NCBI GenBank assembly: GCA_002429485.1
Contig: DIZX01000015.1
Coordinates: forward strand, 21,363-85,362
Reading direction: 5' to 3'
Length of the DNA: 64,000 nt
DNA from: Patescibacteria group bacterium UBA6017
Lineage (GTDB): Bacteria; Patescibacteriota; Saccharimonadia; UBA4664
Under the pieces are notes generated by a model, which saw nothing but the letters and a program-made list of their open reading frames with translations, had not been told where the DNA came from and ran no database searches. This document shows, piece by piece, positions 48,119 through 55,512 of this stretch; positions within the stretch are counted from its first letter, which is position 1; every line of letters starts with the position of its first letter. Position numbers and translations under genes: made by a program.

Positions 48119-49414
48119 TTAACGGAAGTAAAACTGCAGATCCTCGTGGCTGTAGAGGTACAGGTCTGTCCACGTTGACCCGTTTGTCGTGAACTGCCCG
48201 GTACCATCGGGAAAGACGTAGGAGAGGAAGCCCTTGTCCGTTCCGGCGCGAACAGGAAAAGCGGTGTATGTTGTACCGGCCGCGGTTGATACCCTCAGGT
48301 TATAGCTGGCCCCGTTGGTAAGCACGTGTGACGAAGCAAAGTTAGCCGCCACCCACACTGCCCCGCCGGTGTCGCCACCGGGAGCAGACACCGGAATACT
48401 TGCGGCGGTAACACTCACCGATTCAATGGCCGAGCCCCCCGAAGTTTCCAGGGTTAAGATCAAAGGATCTGTTCCACCCGATCGTCTCAGTCTGATTCCG
48501 ACGCTAGTCACCGTCCTGTTCCCGCCCGAGACGGTGAACCGTTCACGGGCCATGTTGCTCGCACCCGAAATGGTGGCGTATTTGTCTATCATGGCCTCGT
48601 AATACGATTGACCATCGTGAGTTCCGTTGGCATATGCCAGGTCAACAACCGGCGTGTATCCAGGCTGTATCGCGCCCCATGATCCGGTCGTATACATCAG
48701 CCCGTAGTCAGAATCCGAAAGCCTCGGCTGACGTGGTGTTGTAGAATTGTATACAAAGACGCTATTCACCGAGATATTATTGTTCACGTCCGGGTTCGTA
48801 AATACCACGTAATATATACGCCCAGCGGTCAGTGTGGGCGGGCTGGAGAAGGTCACCGGTGTATACGTCTCCCAGTTGCCACCCGGGTTACCGGTAGTAA
48901 TAGACCCAGCTGCAAGGCTCGTGCCCGATGGATGGCCGCTGCCGTCATCGGCTTGGAGGCTAAGGGTTGTCGTCCCGCCGTTTCCGTTCGAATACACGGG
49001 CCCGCCGCGCTGGACCCAGCGCACGCTGTTCAGCGCTGAAGTCGTGGAGGCCTTGAACCTGATCGCCACTTTCTGACCGGCAGGGCCCACATTAATGTTC
49101 GCCTTCGTGTCGTAGCCTATCCCCGGACCATAGATCACTCCTGCCGTAGGCGGGGTCGGGGTCGCGGTCGGAGCAGGCGTCGGAGTCGGAGCCACACCAT
49201 TGCCAAATGCCACCAATTTTCCGCCGGATGCGCCAGCGTCAGTTTTGGCCGCGGCCTGACCGCTGAGACCTGCCGACTCCAGCTCAAATTGCGCAAATGA
49301 TCCAGCCGCCAGCACCCTGCCCACGACGTAGCCAGCGATCACCGTTAACACCACCAGTACGACTGACTTCAAGTTCAGGCGGAGCTGAGGACGGGGTGGT
49401 TGTAGCAGCGGCAT
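48119..49414 (-). CDS. Membrane-anchored secreted protein with Pro/Thr linker and large beta-rich ectodomain
   Basis: N-terminal TM/signal anchor, PTPTPAPTATPTPP linker, Gly/Thr/Ser-rich domain. Confidence 0.4.
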   Translation of the reverse strand: MPLLQPPRPQLRLNLKSVVLVVLTVIAGYVVGRVLAAGSFAQFELESAGLSGQAAAKTDAGASGGKLVAFGNGVAPTPTPAPTATPTPPTAGVIYGPGIGYDTKANINVGPAGQKVAIRFKASTTSALNSVRWVQRGGPVYSNGNGGTTTLSLQADDGSGHPSGTSLAAGSITTGNPGGNWETYTPVTFSSPPTLTAGRIYYVVFTNPDVNNNISVNSVFVYNSTTPRQPRLSDSDYGLMYTTGSWGAIQPGYTPVVDLAYANGTHDGQSYYEAMIDKYATISGASNMARERFTVSGGNRTVTSVGIRLRRSGGTDPLILTLETSGGSAIESVSVTAASIPVSAPGGDTGGAVWVAANFASSHVLTNGASYNLRVSTAAGTTYTAFPVRAGTDKGFLSYVFPDGTGQFTTNGSTWTDLYLYSHEDLQFYFR

Positions 49415-49426
49415 CCTTACTTCCTT

Positions 49427-50437
49427 CTATACATTATTTGGCGGGGTGTCACCGGAAGACTCCGGCGGATCAGTCGGCAAAATGAGCTCGGCCTCGCTCG
49501 GCCCACTGGATCCAACCGTAGATCGCAAGGCGCGATGAGTCATCGCATACAAGATACCTCCGCCGACCAAAATCAGCAGCAAAACGATGCCCGAGATGAT
49601 CTGCCAGTGGCCCTGGACTCCGCGAACCAGTTGATACTGCCAGCCATTCTCCACCTTGATAGTCTGCTTGGCCAAAGTCGGCTGACCGTGGCTATCCGTT
49701 GTAACCTGCTCAACTACATGCTCACCGTCGCTCAATTTAGTCGTATCCAGATTGTCGCTGCCCACCGGCTGACCATCGATCATATACGCCACCTTATCGG
49801 TCGTCGGAAGCAGAGGAGTGAGCGTAATCTTACCCGAAACTACAACGGGCGTGGTCGAATTACCCGGCTTTATCACCACCGGCGCAGTATTTGCGGTCGG
49901 TTTGGGGGTAGCTGTGGCGGTAGGGCTAGATATCGGAGTCACGCTGGGCGTAGGAGTCGTCCCGCCGCCGGGAACTGGTGTCGCCGTCGGTGCAGGACCG
50001 CAATTGGTTCCAAAGCCAGTCGGAATACACGTGGTATCGGTCAAGAACATCACCTTATCCACCCCCACTCCCGGATCTACTCCGGCCACGATGACATTAT
50101 GGGTACCGGCGGCAAGGCTCACATTTATCTTACTTGTGGTCGAAGCACCGTAATCCACCCACGTAAACTGGTTTGCCGGAAGAGCGCCGTTCTGGCCAAT
50201 CAAGATATTGCAGTAGCTTTGATCAACCTGCATCTGCACCTTGCCGCTGCCGACCGACACAGGATGCAGCCTAGTCCACACGCGGTACACCCCGGCCGTA
50301 GGGGCCGAAACCGAAAACGCCGCCTGGCCCTTGTCCGCCGGTAACGAGGCACAGGCAGCTTGCGCTGGTGCTGGCGAAATAAATACTAGGGCTCCCCCCA
50401 GAATCAGCCCAATACAGACAATAGAACTAGCTCGCAA
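49427..50437 (-). CDS. Cell-surface protein with signal peptide, Pro/Thr linker and C-terminal TM anchor
   Basis: Signal peptide (ISPAPAQAA), PTATPVPGGGTTPTPSVTPISSPTATATPKPT linker, C-terminal hydrophobic anchor. Confidence 0.4.
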   Translation of the reverse strand: MRASSIVCIGLILGGALVFISPAPAQAACASLPADKGQAAFSVSAPTAGVYRVWTRLHPVSVGSGKVQMQVDQSYCNILIGQNGALPANQFTWVDYGASTTSKINVSLAAGTHNVIVAGVDPGVGVDKVMFLTDTTCIPTGFGTNCGPAPTATPVPGGGTTPTPSVTPISSPTATATPKPTANTAPVVIKPGNSTTPVVVSGKITLTPLLPTTDKVAYMIDGQPVGSDNLDTTKLSDGEHVVEQVTTDSHGQPTLAKQTIKVENGWQYQLVRGVQGHWQIISGIVLLLILVGGGILYAMTHRALRSTVGSSGPSEAELILPTDPPESSGDTPPNNV

Positions 50438-50489
50438 AATATATAACCATAAGTAATTAACCCCAGTTTATCGCTCCTCATGCAATTTG

Positions 50490-50741
50490 TCATATATAAG
50501 TCGGTTCCTCAAACACCGTCTCCCCCACGGCGTTAATCATCGAGTACCCCACACTCGCACTCTTCGCCCACTGCGGAATCAGCCTCCATTTCATCATCTC
50601 CAGCCCGTCAGAAGTCTCCACCGGCGCATACTGCGACGGCGCAACGTTGTAATTAGGACCACGATAACCATCCAACTCAAGCTGAGAATAGTAATCCATG
50701 ATCACTTTTCCATCTACAACTAAGGTAAATCTTCCGCACAC
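50490..50741 (-). pseudogene. SRAP/YedK-family (abasic-site DNA-protein crosslink, MCGRF) gene, N-terminal 83-aa fragment only
   Basis: Begins MCGRFTLV with the catalytic Cys2, RLIPQWAK, AETVFEEPTY. Terminates after about one third of normal length, exactly where visibly AT-rich foreign DNA begins. Confidence 0.6.
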
Positions 50742-50760
50742 GCTTTCGATCCTAAATTAA

Positions 50761-51903
50761 CTAGACTTCTTCAGGTGTTTCTTTTACGACGCGCTCTTGG
50801 GTTTTTGATTTATAGCTCCAACCTGCGCCTAATTCGGCAAAGATTGCCTCATTAATTAATTTTTGATTTATCGGCTTCAAAAATAAATCGCGGTGAAAAT
50901 TGAACCGGCTCAAAATCGTAATAGTATTTTCAGATATTTCAACGTTATACATTCCCATCAAAGCTCCCAGAGAATTATTAGACAGTCTCACACGCTTAAT
51001 AATTCTATTCCATGCAAGGTTATCTTGAATTTGAGGAGCTGCACTTGCTAATGCAGCTTTAGAATTCTTGCGGTTTAGCAATCTGATGGAGGCGTGAAGA
51101 GTAGCAAGGTAGAAATAAAACATCCAGTTCAGCCATATGTCTTGGTCGTATTCACGCAGCTGTTTTTGGTCGTAATGCCTTATCGCAAACTTATTGGCGA
51201 TTGTGAAAATTGCATCTTCGTCCTTGCTATTTAATACCTTCGCGACATCACCCTTTATGCTTTCGAACGCATCAGCCAAATCGTGTACAGCATCTCGTTT
51301 GTCGCTTACAGATGATCGTTGCTGGCGAAATTTCCGTATCGCACGCTCGGCAATTTCATTTACATCGCCAGTTTTATATTTAGGTAATGAGCTAACAAAT
51401 AATTGCGTGAACCCTTTATCTCCAAGAGCTAATATTTCGCCTTGTTCATCAAGCGTATAACCATCCTCATAGCCACCAAGTATTTCATTAATATCCTCAC
51501 GATAGCTCTTTCGACCCTCATCAACATCAAATTCATAATAATGCATGCCACAATCATTATCCGAATCAAAACTACCTTTAGTAGGTTTTGATACATGGTC
51601 ATACAGAAACTCGATCATATCGAAAATGTCATCTTCAGAGTATTTTTCGTAGTGTTCTTCTATCGGCCATATCGCCCTTTTTCTCAGCTTACGAAATATG
51701 TATTGAGCAATCTCTCCACCAACTAGACCGTTGATTTGCCCGCCACCGCTTATACATTCAAATCCGAAGTTCTGGTCAAAGAACGATTTTGCATTTAGCT
51801 CCCGATAAACAATCAAGAAAAGTTCGGCAAGCATTGTAAAGTTATAGCCATTAGCGTCTGGGTTAGTTCCTGTTCGAGATGAATAGTATCGTCTAGTTGG
51901 CAT
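50761..51903 (-). CDS. AT-rich foreign hypothetical protein (380 aa), candidate abortive-infection/defence gene
   Basis: Visibly lower GC and AAA/AAT/TTA-rich codons versus flanking host genes. Cytoplasmic, no TM. Lies between the truncated SRAP gene and the duplicated tmRNA 3' end. Confidence 0.45.
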   Translation of the reverse strand: MPTRRYYSSRTGTNPDANGYNFTMLAELFLIVYRELNAKSFFDQNFGFECISGGGQINGLVGGEIAQYIFRKLRKRAIWPIEEHYEKYSEDDIFDMIEFLYDHVSKPTKGSFDSDNDCGMHYYEFDVDEGRKSYREDINEILGGYEDGYTLDEQGEILALGDKGFTQLFVSSLPKYKTGDVNEIAERAIRKFRQQRSSVSDKRDAVHDLADAFESIKGDVAKVLNSKDEDAIFTIANKFAIRHYDQKQLREYDQDIWLNWMFYFYLATLHASIRLLNRKNSKAALASAAPQIQDNLAWNRIIKRVRLSNNSLGALMGMYNVEISENTITILSRFNFHRDLFLKPINQKLINEAIFAELGAGWSYKSKTQERVVKETPEEV

Positions 51904-51926
51904 AATTAGATATTTTACTCCATAAA

Positions 51927-51949
51927 AACAAAAAAGGCCCCGGAGGGCC
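51927..51949 (-). terminator. Intrinsic terminator (GGCCC-cgga-GGGCC + T-run) within repeat copy 1
   Basis: 5-bp GC stem, 4-nt loop, followed on the minus strand by TTTTTTGTTTTT. Confidence 0.5.
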
Positions 51950-52028
51950 TTAATTATTGCATTGGTGGAGCTGCGGAGAATCGCACCCCGGTCCGTCAGG
52001 TTACTCGCTAGTGCACTACAGGCTTAGT
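51927..52028 (-). repeat. Direct repeat copy 1: duplicated tmRNA 3' end (66 nt) plus downstream terminator hairpin
   Basis: Near-identical to 52717..52819. Differences are confined to the terminator loop (CGGA vs TCTC) and one T-arm position (AGAA vs GGGA). Confidence 0.85.
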
Positions 52029-52077
52029 TTAGTTGTTTCGTCGTAACCATAACTACGATTATTATAGTTGTCAGTGA

Positions 52078-52188
52078 TTATGAATTGGTTTCTGCTGAGG
52101 GGACAAACGTTCGCTCGCCACACTTAGGGCACACATTTGGACCAGGATGCATTGTATATTCTACTTTGCAGCTAGAACACGGCTTCAT
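52078..52188 (-). CDS. 36-aa zinc-ribbon protein (MKPCSSCKVEYTMHPGPNVCPKCGERTFVPSAETNS), not in ORF track
   Basis: ATG preceded by GGAGG SD (aagcGGAGGaatatatATG). CxxC...CxxC spacing. Begins 20 nt after the stop of the 166-aa membrane protein on the same strand. Confidence 0.45.
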   Translation of the reverse strand: MKPCSSCKVEYTMHPGPNVCPKCGERTFVPSAETNS

Positions 52189-52207
52189 ATATATTCCTCC
52201 GCTTAAC

Positions 52208-52705
52208 TTAATGAACCGTAATAATCCTAAGGTCAAAGAGTACGGCAATCACCAAAATAAAGTATGCGAATAAGGCGAGAAATAGAAAAATTACTTGAAG
52301 TCTGAGCCATACAACAGATGACTGCTGCTTAAGTGAACTAAGTATTTCATTTACCCTGGACACTGCAATAACGACATCAGTATCCTTTGCTTTGCCCAGA
52401 AGATTAACAACATCGTTATATCCTTTAGCCCAATCAATATGAAAGCTAATGAGGTCGAAATAGTTCTTGATGCCTGAGCCAATAGAGACTATGAGAAGGC
52501 TAAACCCAACAACAATTAGCACCTTCTGGTTTGCTGCCATGGATTGAAGGCGAGCAAAATCTGAATAGACGACAAGGTTTGCTGAAATGAGAACAGATGT
52601 GATCAGCATGAGCTGGCCACATAGAGCTCTTTCGCTTGCATTCAACTCAGCAAGTGAGATATTCCTCGAGTCGACATATTGGTCGCGCTGTTTTAACCTG
52701 TCCAT
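52208..52705 (-). CDS. AT-rich 166-aa membrane protein (3 TM), island cargo
   Basis: Start at the Met after the tmRNA terminator. Hydrophobic segments LMLITSVLISANLVVY, VLIVVGFSLLIVSIG, VIFLFLALFAYFILVIAVLF. AT-rich codon usage. Not in the ORF track as such: the track entry 52208..52777 is a 189-aa ORF whose N-extension overlaps the tmRNA 3' end. Confidence 0.5.
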   Translation of the reverse strand: MDRLKQRDQYVDSRNISLAELNASERALCGQLMLITSVLISANLVVYSDFARLQSMAANQKVLIVVGFSLLIVSIGSGIKNYFDLISFHIDWAKGYNDVVNLLGKAKDTDVVIAVSRVNEILSSLKQQSSVVWLRLQVIFLFLALFAYFILVIAVLFDLRIITVH

Positions 52706-52716
52706 ACTGTAAGTAT

Positions 52717-52819
52717 AACAAAAAAGGCCCTCTCGGGCCTTAATTATTGCATTGGTGGAGCTGCGGGGGAATCGCACCCCGGTCCGTCAGGTTACTCGCT
52801 AGTGCACTACAGGCTTAGT
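52717..52819 (-). repeat. Direct repeat copy 2 (the copy contiguous with the tmRNA body)
   Basis: Same roughly 103 bp as 51927..52028. Includes the tmRNA 3' 66 nt and the terminator hairpin GGCCC-tctc-GGGCC. Confidence 0.85.
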
Positions 52820-53131
52820 CTGCTTACATGTCTTAGCCCATCACCTGTGAGCAAACCAAACGGTGACGAGAGCATCCTCAGATCTTAGCTTAGGGGCAGA
52901 GGCCCAACCCTAAGAGCGTCCCGATGATTTGATACCGACGAACCCCTACCGGGAATCAGGTGTCGATAGCTTACGTTATTAGGCGTAAGCGGGTGCGAAT
53001 GAAGGTACCGTAAAGGCAGCCTTCACCCGCGAAATGAAGTTGGCAGTTAAGCTAACTAATGGAATCTAACGTTTGCCTCCGACCTGCGCACATAGCTTGT
53101 AAAAGTCCCAACGTCGAGCCTGATCAGCCCC
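52753..53131 (-). ncRNA. ssrA: tmRNA (ssrA), 379 nt with encoded CCA
   Basis: 5' GGGGCTGATCAGGCTCGACGTTGGGAC and 3' GGACCGGGGTGCGATTCCCCCGCAGCTCCACCA form a tRNA-Ala-like acceptor with a G3-U70 wobble. Internal tag ORF ends ...TTCGCACCCGCTTACGCC TAA TAA inside a hairpin (GCTTACG...CGTAAGC). Confidence 0.85.
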
Positions 53132-53146
53132 ACGATTTACCCTCGG

Positions 53147-53175
53147 ATTATAGCAAATTACGGGTGTTTAGGCAA
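53147..53175 (-). promoter_or_regulatory. Sigma70-like promoter for ssrA (-35 TTGCCT, 17-nt spacer, -10 TATAAT)
   Basis: Read on the minus strand: TTGCCTaaacacccgtaatttgcTATAATccgagggtaaatcgtgGGGG. Confidence 0.55.
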
Positions 53176-53350
53176 GATTTGGTAGGTTTTTGGGTGCCGC
53201 AGATGTTGTAATTTAAGCATAAGTATTGTTGTAGAAATAGCGACACTATGTCCAAAAACTCTTACCATATCGCTCCCCTTTTTGGGGGCCGCTCCAATGC
53301 CAAACCGCTAGGCTAAGCGTAGTATTCAAAACGTAATGTGGAGGTGCGAG

Positions 53351-53665
53351 ATGGACCGAGAAGAGTTCACCGATTACGAAGGCATGGATCCGGGTCTGAA
53401 AGAGAGCATTTACGACGGAGCGGAATATGAGCTCGACGAGTTCGGTGAGCGTATCGGATCCGAAGATACCGCCGAAGAGGCCGTGTCTGAAGATGAAGGT
53501 ATGTCCGAGGAGGAAATGCAGCCGCTGATTGTCGTTGAGGATGGATTTGGCGAGGCTATCACGCCCGCCAGCAATCCCCACCTCGAAGACCAGCTCGACG
53601 ACACCAAACTTCACGACGAAGCCGAGGCTGAAAATCCCTCGCCAGACAAGCCCGCCGAGCCTTAA
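53351..53665 (+). CDS. Highly acidic 104-aa hypothetical protein
   Basis: GGAGG SD then ATG at 53351. Asp/Glu-rich (EEAVSEDEGMSEEEMQ). The overlapping minus-strand ORF 53246..53614 is probably spurious. Confidence 0.4.
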   Translation: MDREEFTDYEGMDPGLKESIYDGAEYELDEFGERIGSEDTAEEAVSEDEGMSEEEMQPLIVVEDGFGEAITPASNPHLEDQLDDTKLHDEAEAENPSPDKPAEP

Positions 53666-53782
53666 GCACCCCTAGCGGCTCGTATTGCAGCTTTATAGCA
53701 TCACCTCGGTCCCCCACTTAGTCAGATGGGAGTCCGGGGTGTTTGCGTGGGCTTTGGTAAGCCAGGTGATATAATTTAAGGC

Positions 53783-54664
53783 GTGGAACTCACCAAAAAA
53801 ACCGTTAATGTTGTAAATGTCGACGGGCTCGCCACCAGTTACCGGGAATCCAATCCTACGGCCAGCCAGACGATCCTAATGCTCCGCGGCTTTCGTACCA
53901 GTGATCGCGGGCTCCTGGTTCTTGCACGCAAGTTCTCCGGCTATCATCTGATCATTCCCGACCTGCCTGGATACGGCCAGACCCAAGAATTGCCCGGCGG
54001 CAACACTATTCCTGCCTATGCTGAGTTTGTGGCACGTTTTTGCGACTTACTGGATCTGCATGATGTTACTATTCTGGGCCACAGCCTGGGAGCGCACGTG
54101 GGGCTGGCCTATGCGGCCAAGCACCCCCAGCGAGTCAAAAATTTAGTCTTAATCTCCCCCATTCCCCGCCCCAATTTGATGTCCCGGGCCGTCAGCCTGT
54201 ACTACCAAATCGGCCGGGCCTTGCCCGCGCCCCTCGAGCACGGCTGGCTCACCAACCGCAAAGTCCACCAGACTATTCGCAAGTTCGTGGTCCGCACCAA
54301 CGACCCCGTGCTGCGCGAGCAGATCATGCGCGAAGGCGAACGTGAGCTCAAAGAACTCCGCCCCAACGTCAACGTAGAGAACTTTCTCAGCCTGGTTTCT
54401 ACCGATCCGGAATACTACATCCCGCACCTGAGCGTGCCTACCTTGGTGTTGGCGGGCGATCTGGACCGTCTCACTCGCCTGTCCGATGTAGTGAATGCCT
54501 ATCAACATCCACTAATAGAACTTCGGGTGATCAAGGGCATGGGGCACTATGGTCCGTCGGAGATTCCGGGGGAAATAAGTGCCATAGTGATGAGTTGGTT
54601 ACAACGAGATTCAGCATTGCTAGCCTCGCCGAATACTGAATTACCCTTGGCGGTGGCAATATGA
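53783..54664 (+). CDS. Alpha/beta hydrolase fold protein
   Basis: Nucleophile elbow GHSLGAHV. Typical length. Confidence 0.75.
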   Translation: MELTKKTVNVVNVDGLATSYRESNPTASQTILMLRGFRTSDRGLLVLARKFSGYHLIIPDLPGYGQTQELPGGNTIPAYAEFVARFCDLLDLHDVTILGHSLGAHVGLAYAAKHPQRVKNLVLISPIPRPNLMSRAVSLYYQIGRALPAPLEHGWLTNRKVHQTIRKFVVRTNDPVLREQIMREGERELKELRPNVNVENFLSLVSTDPEYYIPHLSVPTLVLAGDLDRLTRLSDVVNAYQHPLIELRVIKGMGHYGPSEIPGEISAIVMSWLQRDSALLASPNTELPLAVAI

Positions 54665-55512
54665 AACTTTTTGAACCCGAGGCGCAGAACCTCACCATCT
54701 TCGGCAGTCATACGAAGTATTGGGTCTACAATCCCACCCAGACGCAGACTATTCTTATGGTTCATGGCTTTCGCGGCAACCATCTTGGACTTCAGTACAT
54801 CATTGCCGGCCTCAGCGCCTACCGCGTGATCGTGCCCGACCTGCCCGGTTTTGGTGAATCACTGCCCATGACCGAGCGCGCTCACGACATCGATGGTTAC
54901 AGCGATTTTACTCGAGAGTTTATGAAGCTCACCGGTCTTCGCCAGCCCGTTCTGCTCGGACACTCCTTCGGGACCATCGTGGCCGCGCATCTAACCGCGC
55001 GTGAAGCGGAGCTGTTCTCGAAGCTGATCCTGATCAATCCAATCATCGTTTCGCCGCGCGTGGGACTGAGCGGCCCCGTCACCAAACTAGTAGAAGCGTA
55101 TTACTGGTTGGGTACTGCCATGCCCGGCAGATTCAGCCAACGCGTACTGACCAGTCGGCTCTTCAACCGCGGCATGAGCCTGTCGCTCAGCCGGACCAAA
55201 GACCCCGATCTGCGCCGCTTAGTATATAAGCACCATCTCAGCGATCTGGACCAGGCCCAGCACCGACGCGTGATCGCCGAATCGTTCGCCGCCTCCATCA
55301 CCAAAACCGCCCTCGACGATGCCGCCCACATTCATTTGGACACCCTGCTCATCGCCGGCAACCAGGACCCCATCGCCTCGGCCAAGTCGCAGCACCGGCT
55401 TCACGCCGCCATCACGCGTTCACGACTAATCCTCATTCCCAAGGTCGGTCATCTGGTTCACCTGGAGACACCTGCCGCCGCCTCAGATGCCATTTCGGAT
55501 TTTCTCGGCTAG
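54661..55512 (+). CDS. Alpha/beta hydrolase fold protein (tandem paralog)
   Basis: GHSFGTIV nucleophile elbow. 4-nt overlap with the upstream paralog. Confidence 0.75.
   Translation: MKLFEPEAQNLTIFGSHTKYWVYNPTQTQTILMVHGFRGNHLGLQYIIAGLSAYRVIVPDLPGFGESLPMTERAHDIDGYSDFTREFMKLTGLRQPVLLGHSFGTIVAAHLTAREAELFSKLILINPIIVSPRVGLSGPVTKLVEAYYWLGTAMPGRFSQRVLTSRLFNRGMSLSLSRTKDPDLRRLVYKHHLSDLDQAQHRRVIAESFAASITKTALDDAAHIHLDTLLIAGNQDPIASAKSQHRLHAAITRSRLILIPKVGHLVHLETPAAASDAISDFLG

Noticed and set aside
50761-51903. HEPN (Rx4-6H) or AbiJ-like assignment for the 380-aa island protein
   Set aside because: No Rx4-6H motif found by eye (only Rx3H spacings such as RFNFH and RDAVH). It is left as an unknown candidate defence protein with no family name.
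53246-53614. 122-aa minus-strand ORF opposite the acidic protein gene
   Set aside because: No SD. Overlaps an SD-preceded, compositionally coherent plus-strand ORF. Likely spurious.
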